A DNA stretch of 64,000 nucleotides, taken from a virus (Duplodnaviria > Caudoviricetes). Shown here one piece after another: positions 1-7,633 of this stretch. The translations under genes were made by a program, and so were the position numbers. The stretch lies in IMG/VR virus record IMGVR_UViG_2924263452_000001, positions 63,363 to 127,362 of that record; one strand, written 5' to 3'. The notes beneath the pieces were generated by a model. It was given only the letters and a program-made list of their open reading frames with translations, did no database searches and was not told the origin of the DNA. Numbering within the stretch: the stretch's first letter is position 1; the number at the start of each line of letters is the position of its first letter.

Positions 1-80
1 TATGGTATAACATATACAAGTCAAACTTAGTTGTCATAATCAAACTATCATGTTGTTCCGTGTAACTGTCGATATTTTAA

Positions 81-1052
81 TTATTTATCTGAAGAGACAA
101 CCTTAACTGTAGCTCCTGCCTGAACTGTTGCAGTTGCCACTTCGTTCATCTTCTTGTATGCGTCATCAAGTTTATTCGTTAATTCATTGTTAGCCTGTTT
201 TAATGATTCAACCTGACTCTTGAGGTTGGCGATTTCTGCCGCTGCCATTTCCTCTGCATGTTTTTTATCAGACTCAATTGCACGCTTCTCATATGCAAAA
301 CTTCTTTCGGCTTTCGCTTTCGCTTCTTTCGCAGCCTCTTCTTTTGCAGCTTCCAGTTCACCAGGGAATGCTTCAATCTTCTCTTTCATCTCCTGGATTT
401 CTTTCTCTTTTTCTGTAATTGCATCTTCGCGGGCTTTTACTGCCTCTTCCTGCTTCTGGATTTCTGCTTCTCTTTTAGATTTTTCATCATCCCATGCGTC
501 AGAATCAACTTTCTTATTCATTCTCAGATTGTATTTGTATTCATCTGCTTCACGGATTCTCTTCTTTTTGAGTTCTTCTTCATATTCTTCCGCTTCTTTA
601 TCAGCTTTACTTTTTGCCTTAGAAAGCTTATTTTCAAGTTCTTCAATCTCTTCGTCAACTTCCGCTTTACGTTTCGCTAACTTAGAATCCTGTTCATCTT
701 TCAGCTTTTTATATTCTGTGTCCATATCAGCAATTTTAAATTTGTGAGCATTAATAATTGCTGCAAGGCTATCTGCTTCGGTTTTGATTCCGTACAGACT
801 TTCAAGTTCTTTTTTATATTCATCAATCGCAATTTTCAAATCTTTATACTGCTTAATGATTTCTTCTGAGAACACTGAATTTTTTGCTGCTGTTTCTGCA
901 TTTTTGAGTGATGCTCTAAGTGCTTCATTTTTTGCTGTTTCAATTGGAGAGTCATTCATTGCTTTTAAAGCTTCCAGTTCTTTTAAAGCCTGGTTATATG
1001 CTTCTAAAATCTGTGCCTTTGTTGACTTCTCTGTAATTTTAATTTCTCCCAT
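81..1052 (-). CDS. coiled-coil hypothetical protein
   Basis: 323-aa ORF, E/K/A-rich heptad character, same strand as neighbours. Confidence 0.7.
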   Translation of the reverse strand: MGEIKITEKSTKAQILEAYNQALKELEALKAMNDSPIETAKNEALRASLKNAETAAKNSVFSEEIIKQYKDLKIAIDEYKKELESLYGIKTEADSLAAIINAHKFKIADMDTEYKKLKDEQDSKLAKRKAEVDEEIEELENKLSKAKSKADKEAEEYEEELKKKRIREADEYKYNLRMNKKVDSDAWDDEKSKREAEIQKQEEAVKAREDAITEKEKEIQEMKEKIEAFPGELEAAKEEAAKEAKAKAERSFAYEKRAIESDKKHAEEMAAAEIANLKSQVESLKQANNELTNKLDDAYKKMNEVATATVQAGATVKVVSSDK

Positions 1053-1194
1053 TCGAGATCCTTTCTTTTTACTTTTAATTTCTCTTTGTCATCTATGTAA
1101 AATTGATTGATTTTCTAAATAAAATCAACATTTTATCTTCGTTCTACTTACAAAACCAACCAACAATAAAATATAATCACCTGTGCCAGATTTA

Positions 1195-2052
1195 CTATTT
1201 CCGATCTATTTTATTCGTTACTGTACGAATATTCTTAAACCGCTTCTCAATGTAATCACGATCTTTGGTAAATGTGGGGATTTCCTTATCAATAACCCAC
1301 TTGCTACGCGTAAACTCGTCTGGTGTTCCTTCATTATAGGTCTGTGGAACTTTGACACAACAAGTTCCTCTTTTAAGGTAAATTGGATAATCGTTCCAGT
1401 TCACACCCTTCTTCAACATGAGCATATCCATAAGTTCTTTTTGGTTCTTATGTTCAAGCTGCTTTGCTGAAAAGTTTGCCTGTGCAACTGACTGAATAGA
1501 ATTTCTCACACAGTCATTTTGTCTCCAGATAAACCCATTAATAACTTCAAATTCTGGCATATTCCATGCCCGACTGTCGAACATTGCCTTTCCGCATTTC
1601 CTAGCGTATTTGGTATAATAATCTGTTACTTTCTTTTTATCGGCTTCTGTTTCGCATCCTTTAAGTTCCTTTCTGACTCTCTCTTTAACGATGTCAGTAT
1701 AGAACTTGTTAAATGCCATTGTTGCCATGCTTGCAGAAATTGTTTCAACCTTACGCTTTACATATCCAAACCATGCTCCCTGTGCCATTGATTTATAATC
1801 AATCAGTAAAAGGGTAATCTCATCGCTCTGTGTATATCCCAGTACGCAACCGGAAATATTCTCGCAAAGATATTTCATAGTCTGCTGCATTGCTTCTATC
1901 AAAATATTATCAAAAGGCTTTGCCAAACCTCTTGTAAATGTATGGAATGCTTTACCATCAATCCTAATCATTACAGGAACTCTTTTTGTCAGATAATCTT
2001 TTCTTACATCCTCATACTCTTTCATTCGTTTCGCGAAATCGCTTGTGTCCAC
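1195..2052 (-). CDS. thg1: tRNA(His) guanylyltransferase Thg1-like protein (3'-5' nucleotidyltransferase)
   Basis: RMKEYE, IRIDGKAFHTFT, GYTQSDEITL, FDSR, WRQNDCVRNSI motifs; GTG start with GGAG RBS. Confidence 0.92.
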   Translation of the reverse strand: MDTSDFAKRMKEYEDVRKDYLTKRVPVMIRIDGKAFHTFTRGLAKPFDNILIEAMQQTMKYLCENISGCVLGYTQSDEITLLLIDYKSMAQGAWFGYVKRKVETISASMATMAFNKFYTDIVKERVRKELKGCETEADKKKVTDYYTKYARKCGKAMFDSRAWNMPEFEVINGFIWRQNDCVRNSIQSVAQANFSAKQLEHKNQKELMDMLMLKKGVNWNDYPIYLKRGTCCVKVPQTYNEGTPDEFTRSKWVIDKEIPTFTKDRDYIEKRFKNIRTVTNKIDRK

Positions 2053-2070
2053 TTTTATTTTCTCCTTTTG

Positions 2071-3162
2071 TTACAGATCGTTCTTAATTAAGAACTCTGG
2101 ATTTATGCATTTGAAAGAAATGTTCTGTTCAACATTTCTGAATACACAGCCTTCTCTTTCTCTCGGATAAATCTGGGATTTCCCCTGTACATAATGCACC
2201 AAATCTGAAATTTCCCAATCTTCCGGGATAACAAATTTTTCATCAAAAATCGGCACTATGTATATTCCATAATGCAGGAGGGTTCTCTGCATCTCTTCTG
2301 TTGTGAGCTTTCCTTCTGGTGAAATCAGATTGAACGCCCAGAATCTTTCACCGCCATCCATCGGATATTTGTTTCCCTGGATTCCTTCTCCGGTAATTTC
2401 TCCCTGAAGAACAATCCAATCAAGTCCACCGATAAGCGTCTGTAATGTTTCTTTGATTTTGAACTTTCTCGCCACATTCCAATAATACGAATTATCCTCT
2501 GTCACAAGCCGTTTGTTTCGACTGCAAACTCCAAACTCATATTTATTCTTTCCTACTTTCTTTAAGAAAAATGTGGCAGAAGTGCCATCAACCTTTTCCG
2601 TCACACTCAACACTGTTTTGTCTCTTTTCAGCTTTTCAAACAGTCTTGTCATGTTCTGGATTCTTTCTTCATCTGTCTTTTTAATCCAATTCGGGAAAGT
2701 GTCTTTTACGGATGGTTTCAGATAGATTTTTCTGAACCATTTGAATCGCATGAGAAACTTGATAATTGGATTTCGAGACTTCTTCTTGTTTTCTGATACA
2801 ACTGCGTTCTCTTGCTCCGCTTCTGGATCATATTTCGTAACACCTAATATCTCTGTTACATCATCACCAATTTTATAATCGCCAGGCGGCAAAACAGCCA
2901 AAGGCAAAACAAGTCCCTGTGAGACTTGACCACGTAACTTAATGGTCTTAACAACATACTTTCTTGATTTCAGGAAATCATATTCCGGAGTTTTTGGCAT
3001 TTTACTATCAATTTCGATGTAAACTACCTTGTCCCCCTGAGAAAAATTATCACTTTTGGAGATAATTACTTCCCATCCATCAATTTGTGCTACCTCAATT
3101 CTGTCAGCATTCGGAATCGGCTTGATATTAGCAATTGTTCTGATTGTTGCTAACTTTCTCAT
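2071..3162 (-). CDS. ATP-dependent RNA ligase, Rnl2/DRB0094 type, with N-terminal OB-like domain
   Basis: MRKLATIR start with GAGGA RBS; IKPIPNADRIE, LRGQVSQGL, motif I TEKVDGTS, LQGE, REGCVFR, SFKCINPEFL. Confidence 0.9.
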   Translation of the reverse strand: MRKLATIRTIANIKPIPNADRIEVAQIDGWEVIISKSDNFSQGDKVVYIEIDSKMPKTPEYDFLKSRKYVVKTIKLRGQVSQGLVLPLAVLPPGDYKIGDDVTEILGVTKYDPEAEQENAVVSENKKKSRNPIIKFLMRFKWFRKIYLKPSVKDTFPNWIKKTDEERIQNMTRLFEKLKRDKTVLSVTEKVDGTSATFFLKKVGKNKYEFGVCSRNKRLVTEDNSYYWNVARKFKIKETLQTLIGGLDWIVLQGEITGEGIQGNKYPMDGGERFWAFNLISPEGKLTTEEMQRTLLHYGIYIVPIFDEKFVIPEDWEISDLVHYVQGKSQIYPREREGCVFRNVEQNISFKCINPEFLIKNDL

Positions 3163-3197
3163 TAATTCCTCTATCTCGAAAATATTTATTTTTAAAC

Positions 3198-3240
3198 TGG
3201 TGGAATTGGTGATGCTTGATAGAATCACTTCCATCCACCA
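3198..3240 (-). other. hairpin in the RNA ligase leader
   Basis: tggtgga...tccacca inverted repeat enclosing gtgat/atcac. Confidence 0.45.
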
Positions 3241-3261
3241 ATGTAAGAAATATACGTTTTC

Positions 3262-3326
3262 GAGACACTTATTTTGCTCGTTCAATTAAAAGTTGAATGC
3301 AGAATTAGGTTTGCTGTATGTGTCTC
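3262..3326 (-). ncRNA. stem-ACAGCAA module, free-standing copy
   Basis: GAGACAC-ATACAGCAAA-...-GTGTCTC. Confidence 0.7.
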
Positions 3327-3329
3327 ACA

Positions 3330-3365
3330 CGGACATTTTTTAGCCTTTGGCTGTATATGTCACCG
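3330..3365 (-). ncRNA. stem-ACAGC(C)AA module, short variant copy
   Basis: CGGTGACAT-ATACAGCCAA-...-ATGTCCG. Confidence 0.5.
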
Positions 3366-3379
3366 TATAAATTTTTGCT

Positions 3380-4900
3380 CTATAATAAATCTTTTACTGC
3401 AACTTCTACCGGATCATATCTCTCGGAGTCAAGCTGATCTGTCAGGCACTTGTACGGATCAAGTTCACCGCTAAGTACCATTTTTACAATGTTTACTGAG
3501 AACCCAGAAACAAGTGCAACGCCAAGTTCGTTTTCCTTTACAGGAATTGCCCCAGTTCTTGAATTTACATTCCAGAATACCAAGCGCGGCATTTTATATC
3601 CATGTGCTTCAAATTTCTCAGCAATCGTATCAAAAAGTTTCTGATTTGGTCTGCCTGTCGTAGCACGATCAAATTCCATATCGCTTACGATAAGGATGTT
3701 TTTTGGCATATCTTCCTGTTTCATTTTCCCGTTGATTGCTACATTAAGGATCAAATCAAATGTTGCTGCAATATTTGTGTTGGAACAATCTGATTCTCTA
3801 TATGATCTGATAAGCTTATTTCTCAGTAAATCCATTCCAGTAAGGTCTACTACTTTTGGTCTATTTCCAAATGTAATATATTTATCTTTGAACTCTCCAG
3901 ATGATCTTTCAGAAAAATAGATAGCCAATGCTGTTGCTACATCCAATGCCGTAACACTGCTATTCGAATCAACTCTGCAAGTCATACTTCCTGATCCGTC
4001 TCTTACAACCAATGTAGAAGAATCACCCTCTACTAAATCCGGAAGTGCTTTCCATAATGCTTCAATCGCGGTATCTTTATTCTTTACAGAATAATAACTT
4101 CCATATTTATGAACGATATCATGCGGGAAAAGTACGCTTGCATTAATCTTGGCTTCACCTTTTTCAAGGCTTCCCAGATATTCTCTACGTCTTTCCTCAT
4201 CGTTTCTAAGGAATGCATCATTGTAAATCAGGTTTGCTCTTGATGGAACTGCTTCATAATTGATTTTGCCCCATTCTTTTGCAGACATCTGGCGTTCAAC
4301 GATTTTAATATATTCACGAAGTTTTGATAGTATTTTTCTGTAATTCTTCTCACTCAGTCCAAGATATGTTCTAACAACAGTTCCATTCTTCTTTGTCTGT
4401 TTAGAAGAAGCATTACAGCTCGGAAGCCATTTTCCAAGTAAGGATATTGGTTTTCCTTCTTCCATATTTTTTAAATCTTTTTCTAACTGCTCTTTAATCG
4501 CAGCCAACGCATAAACTTCGCACTCTGTTCCAAGCAGGCACATCAGATCATCGTATCTGCCATATTCAGGAATGAGTTTCACAAACGCTTTCACAATATC
4601 TGGTTCAGTGTTTGCCAGATGGTTCATAATAACTCTGAAGCTTCTTCTTTCTCCAAGCCCCTCCCTTGCGTCACGCAGATAGAAGAGCCATTTCAGTGCA
4701 TACAGTTTGTTATCCAGAAACGCATCAGTAAATTTACCAGTGATTTCTGTTGGTTGCATTTTTCTTAATGATGCAGTGGCGAAATTCAGATCAAGCAGAT
4801 ATTTCCCGGTTGTTCTGTATCCCAGTGCGCCATTCTCTGTCCGGCTTCTGTTCATATCGCCGTTTATTAATTCTTTTTCTACAGAATCCATAAAACCCAT
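3380..4900 (-). CDS. DUF2828-family protein: TROVE/Ro60-like helical region plus C-terminal vWA domain
   Basis: TENGA, RDAREGLGERR, EYGRYDD, KWLPS; MIDAS DGSGSM, NTN, SDMEFD, FWNV, LVSGFS; start MGFMDS with GGAGG RBS. Confidence 0.85.
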   Translation of the reverse strand: MGFMDSVEKELINGDMNRSRTENGALGYRTTGKYLLDLNFATASLRKMQPTEITGKFTDAFLDNKLYALKWLFYLRDAREGLGERRSFRVIMNHLANTEPDIVKAFVKLIPEYGRYDDLMCLLGTECEVYALAAIKEQLEKDLKNMEEGKPISLLGKWLPSCNASSKQTKKNGTVVRTYLGLSEKNYRKILSKLREYIKIVERQMSAKEWGKINYEAVPSRANLIYNDAFLRNDEERRREYLGSLEKGEAKINASVLFPHDIVHKYGSYYSVKNKDTAIEALWKALPDLVEGDSSTLVVRDGSGSMTCRVDSNSSVTALDVATALAIYFSERSSGEFKDKYITFGNRPKVVDLTGMDLLRNKLIRSYRESDCSNTNIAATFDLILNVAINGKMKQEDMPKNILIVSDMEFDRATTGRPNQKLFDTIAEKFEAHGYKMPRLVFWNVNSRTGAIPVKENELGVALVSGFSVNIVKMVLSGELDPYKCLTDQLDSERYDPVEVAVKDLL

Positions 4901-4996
4901 ATTGGTTTTCCTCCTAATTTTTCGAATCACTTTTAAAGTTATTAATTCCTATACATTATTACTTTTATCTTTGATGAAATGTATAAAAAATTAGAA

Positions 4997-5116
4997 TGTG
5001 CATGGCAAGACTTGAACTTGCGACTAATCCGATTCCCATATCTATAGTTGCTGTTAAAGGCTTTCCACAAGTCTTATTATTCTTGTCAGATGCTCTCCCG
5101 ACTGAGCTACATGCAC
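4997..5116 (-). ncRNA. tRNA-like RNA with ~50-nt insertion carrying the ACAGCAA module in the anticodon loop
   Basis: acceptor GTGCATG/CATGCAC, D-arm GCTC..GAGC, anticodon stem TCTGA/TCGGA, T-arm GCAAG-TTCAAGT-CTTGC. Confidence 0.8.
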
Positions 5117-5124
5117 ATTTTTAC

Positions 5125-5183
5125 AAGACACGTTTTTTCTTTACCTACGCACAATAATTTGATTCTTTGCTGTTTTGTGTCTT
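5125..5183 (-). ncRNA. stem-ACAGCAA module, free-standing copy
   Basis: AAGACAC-AAAACAGCAAA-...-GTGTCTT. Confidence 0.7.
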
Positions 5184-5189
5184 TAATAG

Positions 5190-5263
5190 TGGAATGTATG
5201 GGACTCGAACCCATGACCATCCGCTTATGAGGCGGACGCTCTAACCAACTGAGCTAACATTCC
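5190..5263 (-). tRNA. tRNA with CAT anticodon (Ile2 or elongator Met); CCA not encoded
   Basis: full cloverleaf GGAATGT TA GCTC..GAGC G TCCGC CT-CAT-AA GCGGA TGGTC ATGGG TTCGAGT CCCAT ACATTCC A. Confidence 0.93.
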
Positions 5264-5267
5264 TAAA

Positions 5268-5417
5268 AGGCAAGTGTGATTAAATCATGTAAAATCTATA
5301 CCCTGCATTTTTGATTTTCTTCAAACTGTTATATTTTAAGTTTGCTGTATGTGTCTAAATACTAGACACCGTTCATAATTTTTTATTGATATATGTATAT
5401 TGTTTTACCACTTGCCT
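5268..5417 (-). ncRNA. long-stem RNA with permuted ACAGCAA module at its apex
   Basis: closing stem AGGCAAGTG/CACTTGCCT; internal GTGTCT-AGTATTT-AGACAC-ATACAGCAAA. Confidence 0.7.
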
Positions 5418-5418
5418 A

Positions 5419-5486
5419 AGCGAATAATAGGACTCGAACCTATGCTCAACATTAATTGTCAGCTCTACCAACTGAGCTATATTCGC
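5419..5486 (-). ncRNA. tRNA-like RNA/pseudo-tRNA with shrunken anticodon arm
   Basis: intact acceptor GCGAATA/TATTCGC, D-arm and T-arm; anticodon arm only TGACA-ATTAA-TGTTG (5-nt loop). Confidence 0.75.
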
Positions 5487-5568
5487 TACATTCTGTCTTT
5501 CCAGAATGTCATAAAAACGTAACAATGATAGATGTAAAAACTGTAACAAATTGTAATGTGGATATCCA

Positions 5569-5698
5569 GTCTTTGCTAAAAGGCACTAACACGCCAATCG
5601 AAACTTCGCAAAGACATTTGTGCCTCAAATGCTATCTGCTTTAGCATTCATCCGTTGGCATCAGAAGTTTCACCGTCTGTATAAATCTTGATAGCAGA
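5569..5698 (-). ncRNA. putative multi-pseudoknotted RNA
   Basis: four mutually crossing complementary pairs plus a hairpin (see findings). Confidence 0.45.
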
Positions 5699-5779
5699 AA
5701 TCAAAATTTTACAGCTAGCGTAGATTATACAACCAGACATGCGCTTGTCCTGTACATCGTACAAGGTTACATAATCTAT

Positions 5780-5880
5780 TGGCGTAGCCGGGATTCGAAC
5801 CCGACACATTTCGGTTTTGTGGAGGGTGGAACAGATAAACGATTTTTAACCGATGACTTTACCCATTTTGTCTATACGCC
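5780..5880 (-). ncRNA. tRNA-like RNA with enlarged (~33-nt) anticodon loop lacking ACAGCAA
   Basis: GGCGTA/TACGCC acceptor, GAC..GTC D-arm, TCGGT/ACCGA stem, T-arm TCGGG-TTCGAAT-CCCGG. Confidence 0.75.
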
Positions 5881-5882
5881 GA

Positions 5883-6007
5883 CGCTGTGACTTGGACTCG
5901 AACCAAGAACCTACGGCTTAACATGCTATCGTTAAAATTGCTGTATATGCCTAATACTAGACACATTGGTTGACTTAACGTTGCTCTACCATTTGAGCTA
6001 TCACAGC
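5883..6007 (-). ncRNA. tRNA-like RNA (Asn-like remnants) with permuted ACAGCAA module in the anticodon arm
   Basis: GCTGTGA/TCACAGC acceptor, D and T arms intact; insert TGTGTCT-AGTATT-AGGCAT-ATACAGCAA; residual GTTAA..CCGT. Confidence 0.8.
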
Positions 6008-6059
6008 TTTTTCTTTATTTTGTTTATCTTATTCAAAAAATAAATGGTGGGGGAGATTT

Positions 6060-6178
6060 TGGGATCGTGCGGAATTGAACCGCAACTAAAAACTTGACAG
6101 AGTTTTCATCTTGTGTAAAATTGCTGTATGTGCTTCCCACCACAATACACATTCAAAAGCATCAACCAGATCAATCCC
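6060..6178 (-). ncRNA. tRNA-like RNA (acceptor + T-arm, no D stem) with permuted ACAGCAA module
   Basis: GGGATTG/CGATCCC, TGCGG-TTCAATT-CCGCA; TGTGT...GCACA-TACAGCAA. Confidence 0.7.
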
Positions 6179-6307
6179 ATATTTATTATTTTGGTGTTGA
6201 CTAAGATACCCCTCTTAGTAGGTTATACAATACCCAATAAATCCAATGCAGTCCGGGTCAGATAACACTGAACACCCACAATGTCAAGTTACAAACTCTG
6301 CATTTTC

Positions 6308-6389
6308 AAGACACAGAACGGATTTGAACCGTTTCGTCAGACCACCAAAATCTTTCTTTATCCTTTTATTCATTTGCTGCGTGTGTCTT
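6308..6389 (-). ncRNA. stem-ACAGCAA module enclosing a T-arm (YrlA-like topology)
   Basis: AAGACAC-ACGCAGCAAA-...-AACGG-TTCAAAT-CCGTT-CT-GTGTCTT. Confidence 0.72.
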
Positions 6390-6393
6390 TGAT

Positions 6394-6518
6394 CGCTAGG
6401 GATGAGACTCGAACTCATAACAACATCCTGTATGTAATGGAAAAGAATTTTTGCTGTAAGTGTCTGAATGCTAGACACATTTTTCTTTTATGTGCTCTAC
6501 CTATTGAGCTACCCTAGC
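6394..6518 (-). ncRNA. tRNA-like RNA with permuted ACAGCAA module in the anticodon arm
   Basis: GCTAGGG/CCCTAGC acceptor, D and T arms intact; AAAAGAA..GTGTCT-AGCATTC-AGACAC-TTACAGCAA..TTCTTTT. Confidence 0.82.
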
Positions 6519-6553
6519 CTATTTATTTCTTTTGTTCTCTCTTGAACAATTAT

Positions 6554-6582
6554 ATATTATCATACTTTTCTGTTTTTGTCAA
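6554..6582 (-). promoter_or_regulatory. sigma70-type promoter for the ncRNA array/RNA-repair operon
   Basis: TTGACA-N17-TAATAT with extended TG. Confidence 0.75.
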
Positions 6583-6652
6583 TAGTATTTTAACATATTT
6601 TTTTATTTCTTTTATCTTTCGATATTCGATAGGGTGAGAAAGTTCCCACCCA

Positions 6653-7633
6653 TTAATTTTGATAAAATGCCTTTTCCCAAGTTTCATATAATTTCTTCAG
6701 ATTAAATAACCTGGAATACATCGTTGTACCTTTTATATTCGGTTCTTTTACAAGGATTTCATTTCTAATTATTGTATCAATATATTCCATAGGTGTACCG
6801 GATTTGTGTATTCTAATTAATCTGTGGCTTTCTGCCAGTTTTGATTGAGTAAGTTTTTTATATATATTACTCTCTTCATAATATTTTTCATAAAATTCTC
6901 TGGCAGTGCGCATGATCCTAACAGTGCTTATTGTGGCATTCTCAGATCTTCCTTTTCTCAATGCACTAACTCTTGATCTTATCAAATATTCATTATCACA
7001 AATGCGTTCTTTTTTATCTTTTGACCTCTCTGATTCTGCATAATCAACGGATTCCTGCTCTGCGCAAAATCTACATAACAACAGTTCCTTTTGCGACACA
7101 TGATAGTCAATTGGATATAAAGGACTATGAATTATCATATTCTCATAATCAACATCAGTTTTCTTTAAATTCATAATCTCTTCCGGTTCTAACTCAAGGA
7201 ACATCAAACGAACTAACAGCTCATTTGGCTTTTCTACACCATCGTTGTAATCTGATGTTATCTTATATACCTCAGAACACATTTTTTCAAATTCTTCTTC
7301 ATCTTTTAAATATTGCACTAGAAGAGAGCGTGACTGGTTAACTTCGCTAAAATCTATTTTTTCAAAATTATTTTCCCCAACAATTTTTCCATTTTGCAAG
7401 CACCAATCAACATAACTTTTTAATAAACTCATTGTTTGTATAAGGTTTCCGGCTTTTGCTCCTGTTTTAAGATCCAAAACCGTAAGTATTTCATCCGTAT
7501 TCATTTCACAAATATCTTTATTGAATGTTGATTCAAGATCTTCAATGCCTTGGAAAATACGTATATATGCTTTATAAGAATTTTCGTTCGCTAATGTGTT
7601 CAAAAAATCTTTTTTCATTTTATCATTGTACAT
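6653..7633 (-). CDS. MrpR/YopR-like integrase-fold repressor (SPbeta type)
   Basis: MYN..K..FL start, E..FNKDICEM, LKSYVDWC, EIMNLKKTDVD; no intact recombinase RHRY tetrad; follows a DGQHR gene as in SPbeta. Confidence 0.6.
   Translation of the reverse strand: MYNDKMKKDFLNTLANENSYKAYIRIFQGIEDLESTFNKDICEMNTDEILTVLDLKTGAKAGNLIQTMSLLKSYVDWCLQNGKIVGENNFEKIDFSEVNQSRSLLVQYLKDEEEFEKMCSEVYKITSDYNDGVEKPNELLVRLMFLELEPEEIMNLKKTDVDYENMIIHSPLYPIDYHVSQKELLLCRFCAEQESVDYAESERSKDKKERICDNEYLIRSRVSALRKGRSENATISTVRIMRTAREFYEKYYEESNIYKKLTQSKLAESHRLIRIHKSGTPMEYIDTIIRNEILVKEPNIKGTTMYSRLFNLKKLYETWEKAFYQN

Noticed and set aside
3163-3285. N-terminal extension of the RNA ligase ORF to 3285
   Set aside because: Family-typical start MRKLA with RBS is at 3162; the extension overlaps structured RNA elements.
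3262-6480. ACAGCAA repeats as a second CRISPR array
   Set aside because: Irregular spacing, short core, permuted arrangement and no similarity to the Cas-linked repeat.
4997-6518. Anticodon insertions as group I or BHB tRNA introns
   Set aside because: Too short for group I, no clear bulge-helix-bulge, and I could not find excisions restoring a 7-nt anticodon loop; the same module also exists outside tRNAs.
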